Source: Minisyncoccota bacterium (lineage in GTDB: Bacteria; Patescibacteriota; Minisyncoccia; UBA6257; GWB1-50-10). Taken from it: 64,000 nucleotides of DNA. Positions 9,839 to 18,974 of the stretch are shown here, piece after piece. Position 1 is the first letter of the stretch, and each line of letters begins with the position of its first letter. The stretch is from assembly GCA_041665265.1 (NCBI GenBank), contig JBAYJE010000002.1, positions 10,836 through 74,835 of the forward strand. Reading direction: 5' to 3'. The notes under the pieces are model-generated. The model ran no database searches and had not been told where the DNA came from. It worked only from the letters and a program-made list of their open reading frames with translations. The position numbers were made by a program, and so were the translations under genes.

Positions 9839-10294
9839 ATGAACACCTTTTTTTCAAAAAAAATAATAGCTCGCGAAGGAGTAGCAACATTACCTACTAT
9901 TATTGCTCTTTCAATATTAATACTTGCAATAAGTATTGGTATCGCGGCATCGAGTTTTTCTGAACTTTTTATCTCACAAGGCCAATCCCAATCCTCGCAG
10001 GCATATGAATATGCAGAAGCAGGAATACGCGACGCACTTCATCGAGTTGCAATTGATAAAAATGCTTCGTCTACCTACTCAATTTCATTTGCTATAAATG
10101 GCTGTAGTTCAAATACGGCGTGTGCTTCAATCACTATTAGTAACGGCGTGGGATCTTCGGGAGACCCAAAGATTATTACTTCCTCAGGGCAATCAGGTAA
10201 TTTCGTTCGTAGATTACAGACCGGCATATTATTTGACGTATCATTGAATGGAGAAATAGCCACGACGACATGGCAGGAGATAACAACTCCCTAA
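9839..10294 (+). CDS. Pilin-like/PilX-like protein with hydrophobic N-terminal helix
   Basis: MNTFFSKKIIAREGVATLPTIIALSILILAISIGIAASSFSE: hydrophobic helix with Glu, minor-pilin-like. Confidence 0.5.
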   Translation: MNTFFSKKIIAREGVATLPTIIALSILILAISIGIAASSFSELFISQGQSQSSQAYEYAEAGIRDALHRVAIDKNASSTYSISFAINGCSSNTACASITISNGVGSSGDPKIITSSGQSGNFVRRLQTGILFDVSLNGEIATTTWQEITTP

Positions 10295-10304
10295 AGAAGA
10301 AATA

Positions 10305-10943
10305 TTATTTTTCTCCTATTACGATGACAATATCGTTCGTGTTAGCTTCAGAAAGTGGTTCGGTGGTGCCTACGGTGTATTTTTGTTGAACGAGGGAAGT
10401 GAGTTCAGTAATTGAAGTTGTATAACTCTTCTTACTCGCCTTTATTTTAATTAGGGTGATAGGCTCTGTGGCGGGTTGGTTGCCGGTGGTGCTTACGGTA
10501 AATCCATTTGCAACAAGAAGTATTTTTAAAGTTCCTGCGAGCCCTTTAATACCTGTGCTATTTAAAATACTAATTGAAAGATCTGCCTTATTTTCAACAA
10601 TTGTTTCGGGGATAGTTGTGGTTCCTACTACGGGAGTAGAAGTAGCAATGCCTTCTGATGAGGTTGTTATCACGGGAGTTTCAGGAAGTGTGACAGAAGG
10701 AGCGGAAGACTTTCCTGTTTGAGATACTTCTATTGAAAGTTTTTTTGCAACAAAGAGTAATTCAGGGAAATTTATTTGAAGTGGTTCTCCTCCCACTTCG
10801 CTATTTGCCATAAATCCTTGTTGTACGGCTGTGGCGAGAAATGAGGCAGAGCGCCAAAAAACAACCCCAAGGATAATAAGGATGATACCCATCACTGAGG
10901 GGTAGACTATCATTTGAAGTTTTTTGTTGTGTAAAAAGTCCAT
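10305..10943 (-). CDS. LytR_C domain membrane protein (last gene of minus-strand pilM-pilO operon)
   Basis: N-terminal TM, C-terminal LSISILNSTGIKGLAGTLKILLVANGFTV...IVIVIG pattern typical of the LytR C-terminal domain. Confidence 0.55.
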   Translation of the reverse strand: MDFLHNKKLQMIVYPSVMGIILIILGVVFWRSASFLATAVQQGFMANSEVGGEPLQINFPELLFVAKKLSIEVSQTGKSSAPSVTLPETPVITTSSEGIATSTPVVGTTTIPETIVENKADLSISILNSTGIKGLAGTLKILLVANGFTVSTTGNQPATEPITLIKIKASKKSYTTSITELTSLVQQKYTVGTTEPLSEANTNDIVIVIGEK

Positions 10944-10949
10944 TAAATA

Positions 10950-11516
10950 TTATTGTGCTTTTCCTCGTGCGTAGACTTTTCCTTGAAGCGCAACACTTAT
11001 TGATTCTCCGATTCCTTGTGCAGTAGGAGAGAGAATACGGAATGAGCGTATCGTAGTGAAATAAGGCAACGACTCAAAATGTTTCATAAAATTAATATAT
11101 GAGGCGAATGTTCCAGTAAGATTCGCAGAGAAGTCTATTGAGGAAAGTATTGTTCCCTCTTGAAGAGTAAGTTGTGTTACCGGCGTTCCAAACTGAGAGG
11201 TAATCTGTATGGAATTTTGTGCAGCAACCGAATTTAAAAGCCCAATAAATTCTACAATATTATCGTCGGGTATATAGGCATTGAGAACCTTGGTATCCGC
11301 ATCTCCTACACGCGCAAATTGAGTACGAAGTGTGTTTACTACTTCACTGCGGCGCTCAAAGAAAAAAGCGGAGCGTTTTGTTTCAATGAGCGAGGTACCA
11401 ATTTTTGTTATTTGATTACGTATGATGATTACTCCCGTAGTAGTTGCCACAAGAATAAGTAAGGCGACAATCACCTTTTTGAGAAGTATGAAAATAAGAT
11501 TATTACTTTTTAACAT
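10950..11516 (-). CDS. pilO: Type IV pilus assembly protein PilO-like
   Basis: 188 aa, single N-terminal TM followed by coiled-coil and periplasmic domain; immediately downstream of PilM/N fusion. Confidence 0.6.
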   Translation of the reverse strand: MLKSNNLIFILLKKVIVALLILVATTTGVIIIRNQITKIGTSLIETKRSAFFFERRSEVVNTLRTQFARVGDADTKVLNAYIPDDNIVEFIGLLNSVAAQNSIQITSQFGTPVTQLTLQEGTILSSIDFSANLTGTFASYINFMKHFESLPYFTTIRSFRILSPTAQGIGESISVALQGKVYARGKAQ

Positions 11517-11517
11517 A

Positions 11518-12927
11518 TTATGGATGAAGGTAAATAAATTGAGGATCTTTCAATTGGAATGATAAAGTGAAGGGAATATTTTCTTTTTTATCAATATTCG
11601 TTACTGGCATTTTCACATTAATAAAATCAGCAGACGACTCGAATAAACCACGATACTCATTAAGAAGAGGTCGTGATTGTGCGATACCGTTTATTACAAT
11701 CATTGATTCTGGTGAGGGCGCTGAAATTTCAGAAATAAGAATACCTGAAGAAAAGCGAGTTTTTATTGTATCGAGAAGGATGCTCCATTGTGGAAATTGT
11801 TTGAGAATATTTGCTGATGCAACAAGAAGTTCATTTGTATTTTTAGCTCGAGTTTCGAGTGCTGCTGAATCGGTAGGAACGGGAAGCGTGCTTCCGCGTG
11901 AATATTCTGTGTTCGCATTTTGTTGCACAGTTACCATAACACTCCATACCGTTCCATAAGCCACAAGGAAAAAGAGGCACAACCCAATAATAAGATTAAC
12001 TGTAAAACTACCAAATGCAATTGCGCGTTGATACGCGTAAGCCTGTTCCGTTCCCATAGGCATCAAGCTTAATATGACATCCTCTGCTCGAGGAACTATA
12101 CCGCGCATAGCCGCACCAAGCACCACGAGCCAGTCGCCACCCTTACCTACTTCTTTGGTACGTAATGAAAAGTTACCGGTAAGCTGAAGAGATCCTATTT
12201 TTATCTGAGTTGGTATAATACCCGATTCAACTTCATAAAAACTTGTGAGATTTTGCGTTTCATTTCCTGTTTTCATATATTCTTTTGGAATGGTGCGCAC
12301 AAATCGAGGGAAGCCGTTTTGAATAATAGAAAGTGACACGCCCGAATCATAGGCGAGTTGAATAAGTTGAGGCTCATTTATAGGCGGAACAACACGAGCA
12401 AGACTCAAGGTGTGATATTCTATGGCAACTGGGCTTAATTTTGCACTTTCGAGTGCTGAGATGTAAGCATCTGCCGAAGATTTTAGAATAGCACCGAGTG
12501 CTACTTCATATTGAGTACTATTCGGGGCGGTAATTATTTCCCAATCAACATAAATATCCTCTTGCTTGAAGGGGAGTTGGTAGCCGAGAGAAAGGCGCAT
12601 TGTTTCATTTACTCTAGTTTTTTCAAGAGCTCCAGGGAAGGTGAAGATTTTTGTGTATACCACATCCGTAGGAAGAGAGACGATAACATAACGAACAGGG
12701 CGTGGTGCACGTTTTACAAGGCGTTGTAATGCGCGCACAAATGCGGCGCGATCAGCAACGAGCCCACTTACAATAATGCCCGCTTCTATAGGTTCTTCTA
12801 CAAGTACACTTGCGTGGAACGCGGATGTTTTTTTCTCAGGTTCAAGGAGCGCGAGGCGTAGCGCCGTGTCGCGGATTTCAAGACCGCCCACTGCTTCTTC
12901 AGGTATAAAAATACTTCGAAGGTTCAT
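11518..12927 (-). CDS. pilM: Type IV pilus assembly protein PilM fused to PilN-like C-terminal TM region
   Basis: 469 aa; actin-like ATPase N-domain (MNLRSIFIPEEAVGGLEIRDTALRLALLE) as in PilM; TM segment (FTVNLIIGLCLFFLVAYGTVW) and PilN-like C-terminus. Confidence 0.7.
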   Translation of the reverse strand: MNLRSIFIPEEAVGGLEIRDTALRLALLEPEKKTSAFHASVLVEEPIEAGIIVSGLVADRAAFVRALQRLVKRAPRPVRYVIVSLPTDVVYTKIFTFPGALEKTRVNETMRLSLGYQLPFKQEDIYVDWEIITAPNSTQYEVALGAILKSSADAYISALESAKLSPVAIEYHTLSLARVVPPINEPQLIQLAYDSGVSLSIIQNGFPRFVRTIPKEYMKTGNETQNLTSFYEVESGIIPTQIKIGSLQLTGNFSLRTKEVGKGGDWLVVLGAAMRGIVPRAEDVILSLMPMGTEQAYAYQRAIAFGSFTVNLIIGLCLFFLVAYGTVWSVMVTVQQNANTEYSRGSTLPVPTDSAALETRAKNTNELLVASANILKQFPQWSILLDTIKTRFSSGILISEISAPSPESMIVINGIAQSRPLLNEYRGLFESSADFINVKMPVTNIDKKENIPFTLSFQLKDPQFIYLHP

Positions 12928-13029
12928 ATGGCTTTACCTCTTTATTCTAGCAAACGACCATTTTAAATTAGTCTTATAGCAACAACATTTTTTATACAAA
13001 AAGACAGGAGAAAGGAAAAAGGAAATAAT

Positions 13030-13058
13030 TTGACTATTAACAAAATATGTAGCATAAT
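13030..13058 (+). promoter_or_regulatory. Sigma70-like promoter (TTGACT-17-CATAAT) for 13126 gene
   Basis: TTGACT 13030-13035, 17-nt spacer, CATAAT 13053-13058; GGAGG RBS before ATG 13126. Confidence 0.5.
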
Positions 13059-13125
13059 GTTTCTAGCAAATACACTCACATGTACACGTGAGAATTAACA
13101 ATATAAAACATCACAGGAGGTTTTC

Positions 13126-14961
13126 ATGTACTATTTTATCGCGGCGCTTATATGCGCAGTGGTTAGCACTCTTCCTACACTTATCGCTCGGCGATTTGTT
13201 GCTGCGGGAGTTCAGGCATTTGTTTCATTTTGGGTTTTCTGGGGTTGTTTCTACTGGTGGACATTGTCTACGGTATATCCGATGTTCGGAATTCCCGGTT
13301 TATTTGTAGTAGTACTTTGGTGTGTTAGCGCAGCAATCGTATATGACGAGCATGAGAATGGTTGGTTTGTGTGGATTCCAGGAATATTTGGGATATTGGC
13401 TTATCTTGGAGGCGGATGTGTTGGATCTGAATTTGTACGGACTGATGAGTATCAGAAAATGATTGGTACTATGGAAACTCGGGAGTGGACACAAGATGTT
13501 CAGCCCAAGGATCCACGACACATGCGTATGTCTACCAAGGAGAACGCCTTGTATGTTGCTCAAAAAGCAATCGGACAAGATGGCTCTATTGGAAGTCAGT
13601 TTCAAGTTGAGGATGGAGAGATGTCATTGCAGATGATTCAAAAACGTCTATGGTATGTGGCTCCGCTCGAATTTGCAAGTTTTGGAGCATGGAGAGCAAA
13701 AGATTCACCTGGCTACATAATGGTTTCTGCTGAAAATCCTGATGCTCAACCGATACTTGTTAATTTCCCAGAAGGGCAGCAGATGAAGTATTCACCTGGC
13801 GCGTATTTCGAAAATAATCTTGAGCGATACCTTCGAAATCGTGGATATCTCGGTAAGGGTCTTTATAGTCCCAATTTCGAAGTTGATGAAAATGGTCACG
13901 GATGGTGGGTTGTTACGGTATTTGAGCCAACTATTATGTGGTCAGGAGAGCGAGTACAAGGAGTAGTCATTGTTGATCCCGCTACGGGAGATAATACGTT
14001 CTATGAATTAGGAAAAGTACCTTCGTGGGTTGACCGGGTTATTCCTGCAAGTATTATGGATAGCTATCTTGATTGGTGGGGTACCTACGTTCATGGATGG
14101 GGAAATACATTTCCTGTATTTGGATCTCATGCTGATATGGTAGAGGCAAGTGATCAGAGTCTTATTTATGGTACAGACGACGTGCCAGAATGGGTGACTG
14201 ATATTACCTCACAAAACAATAACGATAATTCACTTATTGGACTTGTATACACAAACAGCAGAACCGGAAAGTCCGTTTATTATAAGGTTGCAGGAGGTGG
14301 AACAAACACCGCAGTGTTGCAAGCAGTGAATGAAAATCAACAGATAAAATTCCGCTCTCTTCATGGTGCCGATCCACAACTTTACAATGTATATGGAACA
14401 ATGGCTGCAGTAGTACCACTCTTTAACAACAACCACGCCTTTCAAGGAGTTGCAATAGTTCCTATTGCAAATGTTCAGAAGGTTGCGGTAGGCAATACGC
14501 AATACGATGCGCTTCGTCAGTATGAAAAGATCATTTCCGATCGTGGTGGAGAAGTTGCATTAAGTGCGGAACGCACACTTGTGAAGAAGATTGGTGTTAT
14601 TGATAGACTTGGGTACGAGGTGACGAATACAGGAAATCTGTATTATTTTCATCTTGACAATGTGCCACATCTTTTTACGGCCGGCTCGGGCGATTCTCCA
14701 AAGTTGGTAACCACAGTAAAGGGAGACCGCATTGCAATCGAGTATTATGAATCTAGCCGTGACGTGGTTCCTCTTAAATCATTCGATAATCTCTCGCTCA
14801 AATTGTTGGAAAGTGTTCCGCAAAAAGAAGTGAGAGAAACAGTGGCTAATGACCGCGACGCAAAAGAAGCGAGCGAAGATAGGCCAACAGTCGAGGATAG
14901 AATGAAGAACCTCACTCCGGAAGAACTTCGTCAATTAAAGGAGCAACTTCCGAAGAAGTAA
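13126..14961 (+). CDS. Hypothetical polytopic membrane protein with large Trp-rich extracytoplasmic domain
   Basis: 611 aa; about 4 N-terminal TM helices then about 480 aa soluble domain rich in W/Y/G; no recognisable motif. Confidence 0.6.
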   Translation: MYYFIAALICAVVSTLPTLIARRFVAAGVQAFVSFWVFWGCFYWWTLSTVYPMFGIPGLFVVVLWCVSAAIVYDEHENGWFVWIPGIFGILAYLGGGCVGSEFVRTDEYQKMIGTMETREWTQDVQPKDPRHMRMSTKENALYVAQKAIGQDGSIGSQFQVEDGEMSLQMIQKRLWYVAPLEFASFGAWRAKDSPGYIMVSAENPDAQPILVNFPEGQQMKYSPGAYFENNLERYLRNRGYLGKGLYSPNFEVDENGHGWWVVTVFEPTIMWSGERVQGVVIVDPATGDNTFYELGKVPSWVDRVIPASIMDSYLDWWGTYVHGWGNTFPVFGSHADMVEASDQSLIYGTDDVPEWVTDITSQNNNDNSLIGLVYTNSRTGKSVYYKVAGGGTNTAVLQAVNENQQIKFRSLHGADPQLYNVYGTMAAVVPLFNNNHAFQGVAIVPIANVQKVAVGNTQYDALRQYEKIISDRGGEVALSAERTLVKKIGVIDRLGYEVTNTGNLYYFHLDNVPHLFTAGSGDSPKLVTTVKGDRIAIEYYESSRDVVPLKSFDNLSLKLLESVPQKEVRETVANDRDAKEASEDRPTVEDRMKNLTPEELRQLKEQLPKK

Positions 14962-14970
14962 CGTGTAATT

Positions 14971-15001
14971 AAAAGCGCAGGGAAATCCTGCGCTTTTTTA
15001 T
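14971..15001 (+). terminator. Rho-independent terminator
   Basis: GCGCAGG-gaaat-CCTGCGC followed by TTTTTTA. Confidence 0.7.
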
Positions 15002-15015
15002 TTGTTATTGATATA

Positions 15016-15423
15016 ATGAACGAGATGAATGTAACTTATATTTGGTATTCTCAATTAGCGAAGCCCTCGTGGGCCCCGCCTTCATGGCTTTTTGGTCCTG
15101 TGTGGTCATTTCTTTATATTTTGATCGCTCTTTCATTTGGTAAGGTATTTGTAATGATGTGGCAAAAACGACTTACCTTCCTGGTGACATTACCTTTTAT
15201 TTTAAATCTTATTTTTAATTTTGCATTTACTCCACTGCAGTTTGGATTGAAAAATAATATTCTTGCCTCTCTTGATATCATCCTTATTCTTGGAACACTT
15301 ATTTGGGCAATGGTTGCGATCTATCCCCATGTCCGTTGGATTGCTTATATTCAAGTTCCATATTTACTCTGGGTTTCGTTTGCGACGGTATTACAGCTCA
15401 CAATCACTTATTTAAATAGATAG
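15016..15423 (+). CDS. tspO: TspO/MBR family tryptophan-rich sensory protein
   Basis: AKPSWAPPSWLFGPVWSFLYILIALSFG and five TM helices; 135 aa. Confidence 0.75.
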   Translation: MNEMNVTYIWYSQLAKPSWAPPSWLFGPVWSFLYILIALSFGKVFVMMWQKRLTFLVTLPFILNLIFNFAFTPLQFGLKNNILASLDIILILGTLIWAMVAIYPHVRWIAYIQVPYLLWVSFATVLQLTITYLNR

Positions 15424-15460
15424 ATTCATAATAGGTAGGTGGTCAGGACAAAGAGAAATA

Positions 15461-15487
15461 AAAAACAGCCGCATGAAATGCGGCTGT
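15461..15487. terminator. Bidirectional hairpin terminator between convergent genes
   Basis: CAGCCGCAT-gaa-ATGCGGCTG flanked by A-run (plus) i.e. T-run on minus. Confidence 0.6.
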
Positions 15488-16050
15488 TAGGATGATGTGT
15501 TGGCATTGCCAGATATTTTTTTGATCTCATCACGAAGCGCTGCTGCTTTTTCATAATCCTCTTTTTCAATAGCATCTTTTAATGTTTTCTTAAGCTGCTC
15601 AAGAGGACTTAGTAGCTCGTTTGATGGGATGCTTGTTTCTTCTTCATCGGAGAGATCTTCGGGATTTTCCGTAAGTATTTTCTCTGATGCAAACATAGGA
15701 ACTTGGAAATAGAGAGCAAGAAAAATTGCATCACTTGGACGGGCGCGAATTTTTCCACGATTAGTAAGAATAGATGCAGAAAGCACGTCACCTTCTTTCC
15801 AACTCGTGATTGTTATTTCTTTTACCTTTCCTCCGAAACGAATCATAAGTATTGCAGCGAGTTCATGAATAAAGAGATGTTCAGATTTCGTTTTTGAAAG
15901 GAGATTTTTGATTGCAAAGATCCCAGACAAATCCGTCATGATGCAGAGAAATCGATCTCCAAAACGTTCTCCTAGTATAATCATCCCTTCTTTCTCAAGA
16001 GACTCTTCATCCATCGCCAACTCCGAAAGAACCACTTCTACCTTTTTCAT
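15487..16050 (-). CDS. Bifunctional nuclease family protein (DUF151) with C-terminal UVR domain
   Basis: DUF151-like N-domain and C-terminal KEDYEKAAALRDEIKKI UvrB/C-type motif. Confidence 0.7.
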   Translation of the reverse strand: MKKVEVVLSELAMDEESLEKEGMIILGERFGDRFLCIMTDLSGIFAIKNLLSKTKSEHLFIHELAAILMIRFGGKVKEITITSWKEGDVLSASILTNRGKIRARPSDAIFLALYFQVPMFASEKILTENPEDLSDEEETSIPSNELLSPLEQLKKTLKDAIEKEDYEKAAALRDEIKKISGNANTSS

Positions 16051-16152
16051 AGAGGCACTCCTTTCTTGTGAATATTATTAAGTCTTCTAGAATCACGATA
16101 TGCTGGAATGAGAGGCGAGTCAATATCACATTTTTTGTGATATTATTGTGTT

Positions 16153-16941
16153 ATGAAACTTGTGTGTTTAAATGCGTGGGAAGGAAAAAGGCTTGATGCA
16201 CTTACCCAATTTATAAAGAATACAAGAGAGGAAACAGATTTTTTTTGTTTTCAGGAGATTTTTCATGCAAATTATATTGAAAAGGAAAATCCGCATTTTT
16301 GCCTCAGTCTTTTAGATAACCTTTTAGCACTTCTCCCGGGATTTTACTCTTCGTTTGCCCCCATGCTTTCTGCGAGTGACTTTTCGAAAGGTTTTGCTAC
16401 TGGTGTTTCGGTAGGAAACACCATTTTTTCGAAAGAGGAATTTGAGATTGTTGATGAAGGGAATTTTTATACATTTGGATCTTCTTATGAATTTGTTGAA
16501 AAAGATCCACACAAGGTAAGTATCTTGCAGTACACAAAAATACGTATTGCGGACAAGATTCTCACTCTTGCAAATGTGCACGGCATTGCTCGCTGGCCTA
16601 AAGTTGATACCCCCGAACGTTTCGAACAATTAAAGAACATTCAGGAATTTCTCGCAAAAAGTGGGACACCCATGATTCTTTGTGGTGATTTCAATCTTTT
16701 TCCAAATACTGAAAGTATCAAGGCGCTTGGAAAGAATATGAGAAATCTTACTAAAGAATTTTCAATTTCTACTACACGAAGTAGCATCGCGCGCCAGCAA
16801 TTTAGCGCTCAGATTGATAAGGATACTATTTCAGATTATGTGTTTGTATCGCCCGATATCCAAGTTCGGTCATTTACTGTTCCAGAAATGGAAGTATCGG
16901 ATCATTTACCTTTGAAGCTCGATTTTATTATTGATGTGTAG
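16153..16941 (+). CDS. Endonuclease/exonuclease/phosphatase (EEP) family protein
   Basis: MKLVCLNAWEG..., ...LCGDFNLFPNTE..., ...SDHLPLKLDF C-terminal motif typical of EEP fold. Confidence 0.7.
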   Translation: MKLVCLNAWEGKRLDALTQFIKNTREETDFFCFQEIFHANYIEKENPHFCLSLLDNLLALLPGFYSSFAPMLSASDFSKGFATGVSVGNTIFSKEEFEIVDEGNFYTFGSSYEFVEKDPHKVSILQYTKIRIADKILTLANVHGIARWPKVDTPERFEQLKNIQEFLAKSGTPMILCGDFNLFPNTESIKALGKNMRNLTKEFSISTTRSSIARQQFSAQIDKDTISDYVFVSPDIQVRSFTVPEMEVSDHLPLKLDFIIDV

Positions 16942-16946
16942 AGTTA

Positions 16947-18347
16947 CTATAAAAAAGTTTTTGCAAGAATGATAACAAAGTACCAGTAAAAGAGCGTTGC
17001 AGCCATCATTGCTATATTAGTAAATACCCCCGGACGTAATGGTTTCGCTAATTTTGCATTGTTTAAATAAATGAGAATAGGAATATAAATCGCCATAGTG
17101 AATCCACCAAGTGCCGCACTTATTGAGAGAAGTGCAAGAGGCTGTTTCATAGGAAGAAGTAGTGCGCTTGTTATTACGAGCGTGGTTATGGAGACGTAGT
17201 AGAGCTTGTGAATGGATATGGTTGCAAGAGAGGTGAGATATTTTTTAAATGGACCGATACGAGAGTTAACGTAGAAGATATCGCTTACAATTCTTGTGAA
17301 TGCGTCGAGCACGGTCCACATAACTGAAAAGAGCATAAGGAAGGCCATAATAAGAAAGAGATTAAACCCAAGTATGCCCCAGGTGGCACCAAAAATATGT
17401 GCTTGTGCCACCGCGACATTAAGACCCTCGGGTACAAGTCCTTTTGGGGTGAGGGTGGCATATGCGTTCATACTGAGGAGTATGAGTGTGACGAGGCCAA
17501 GAAACCAGAAAATAACACCCTGATCAATGCGAATAAAGCGCATCCAATGTTTCCAGCGCGCAATATTTTCTTTGTGAATATCGAATCGATAACCACGAAA
17601 GGAGACCGCCTCTTCCTTTCCAGTAATTGGATTAATAATACGTCCTACGTATTTTCCCATTCCTGTTTGTTTGTCTCGATACCAAAGGGAGGTGCAGAGA
17701 TTAAGTAATCCTCCCGCACCCGCAAATGCAATTGCACCCAAAAACACCACCATGTCGATTCCTTCGGGGAAGTATCCAAAATGAGTGATACCTTTGAGCA
17801 TTTCAGAAAAATCAACCGAAGAGAGATTGAAAAAACTCGAAATAATAAGAAGTGTAAAAAATGTTGGTACAATTATTTTGAGAGATTGCTCAAGGATTCG
17901 GTAAGCAACTTTTCCCGCAAATGTGAGTATAAGCACAAGGAGGAGGCTTACTAACGCCCATTCAATATAGGTGCCAAATCCAAAAAGTTCGCGAAGTGTG
18001 GTTCCTATAGCTGCGGCCCATCCTGGCCACACATAAAGAAGAATACTTGAAAGAAGCCAGAAGGGCGCAAACCAGCGGAAGATGCGTGATGATGAAGTGA
18101 AGAAGCTTTCGCCCGTGGCTATTGCATGTCGTGCAACCTCTTGATTAATAAAATATTGGAAGGTGATTCCAAGAAATGCTGCCCAGAGCACGCCATACCC
18201 GTACTTGGTGACAAGGTGAGGCCACAAGATAAGTTCTCCGGTGCCAATAGCAAGTCCCATTACTACCACGCCCACACCAAGCGCCTTTCTCCAATGAGGA
18301 GGCTCGGGAAGCTCTCGTGTTTCGAATTCACCATAATGTTGCTCCAT
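16947..18347 (-). CDS. mntH: Nramp family divalent metal cation transporter
   Basis: GYGVLWAAFLGITFQYFINQEVARHAIATGESF, 11-12 TM helices; start likely MEQHYGEFE (18347) within ORF 16947..18377. Confidence 0.8.
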   Translation of the reverse strand: MEQHYGEFETRELPEPPHWRKALGVGVVVMGLAIGTGELILWPHLVTKYGYGVLWAAFLGITFQYFINQEVARHAIATGESFFTSSSRIFRWFAPFWLLSSILLYVWPGWAAAIGTTLRELFGFGTYIEWALVSLLLVLILTFAGKVAYRILEQSLKIIVPTFFTLLIISSFFNLSSVDFSEMLKGITHFGYFPEGIDMVVFLGAIAFAGAGGLLNLCTSLWYRDKQTGMGKYVGRIINPITGKEEAVSFRGYRFDIHKENIARWKHWMRFIRIDQGVIFWFLGLVTLILLSMNAYATLTPKGLVPEGLNVAVAQAHIFGATWGILGFNLFLIMAFLMLFSVMWTVLDAFTRIVSDIFYVNSRIGPFKKYLTSLATISIHKLYYVSITTLVITSALLLPMKQPLALLSISAALGGFTMAIYIPILIYLNNAKLAKPLRPGVFTNIAMMAATLFYWYFVIILAKTFL

Positions 18348-18456
18348 GTGCAAAGTATAGATGCTGTTGTAATGCATAACAATATTAAAATAGAAAGATT
18401 TGCAATTCGATTACTATATCTTGCGATTTTGCTCGAAGTATTACTATAATGAACTT

Positions 18457-18858
18457 ATGAAATTATCACAGTGCAGCCCTCTTCATGCGGGACTTGGAGT
18501 TATTCGTATTGCTATTGGTGCGGTGTTTATATATCACGGCATTATAAAGGTTCTCGCCATGAGTCAAGTCGTCGGCTTTATGGGAGGCCTTGGAATCCCT
18601 TCTTTTCTTGCATATTGTGTGATTATTGGTGAGGTTGTTGGTGGGTTTTTACTTGTGGTGGGATTTTTTGAGCGGTATGCGGCAGGAGTTTTGGCGGCCA
18701 TTATGGTGGGAGCAATGTTTCTTGTAACAAAGCCAAGTTTTCCAGAATACGAATTTGTTCTTCTTTTGGTGCTGTTAGGACTCATTATTTCAGGGGCGGG
18801 ACAGTATCGCATTTTATGTAAATGTGGAATGTGTAATTGTTGCAAAGAGAAAGCTTAA
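18457..18858 (+). CDS. DoxX family membrane protein
   Basis: MKLSQCSPLHAGLGVIRIAIGAVFIYHGIIKV; start at ATG 18457 preceded by TACTATAAT -10. Confidence 0.65.
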   Translation: MKLSQCSPLHAGLGVIRIAIGAVFIYHGIIKVLAMSQVVGFMGGLGIPSFLAYCVIIGEVVGGFLLVVGFFERYAAGVLAAIMVGAMFLVTKPSFPEYEFVLLLVLLGLIISGAGQYRILCKCGMCNCCKEKA

Positions 18859-18902
18859 AATTCTGAGACACACATATTCAAACTAAAGCTATAAATAGCG
18901 AA

Positions 18903-18940
18903 ACATATAACAATCGACCCTAGGGTCGATTGTTATATGT
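18903..18940. repeat. 38-bp perfect palindrome (ACATATAACAATCGACCCT|AGGGTCGATTGTTATATGT)
   Basis: Checked base by base: 19-nt arms are exact reverse complements; lies between DoxX and HAD genes. Confidence 0.9.
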
Positions 18941-18974
18941 AGGAGATTCCGGCTTCTAATGATAAAATAAAAAA

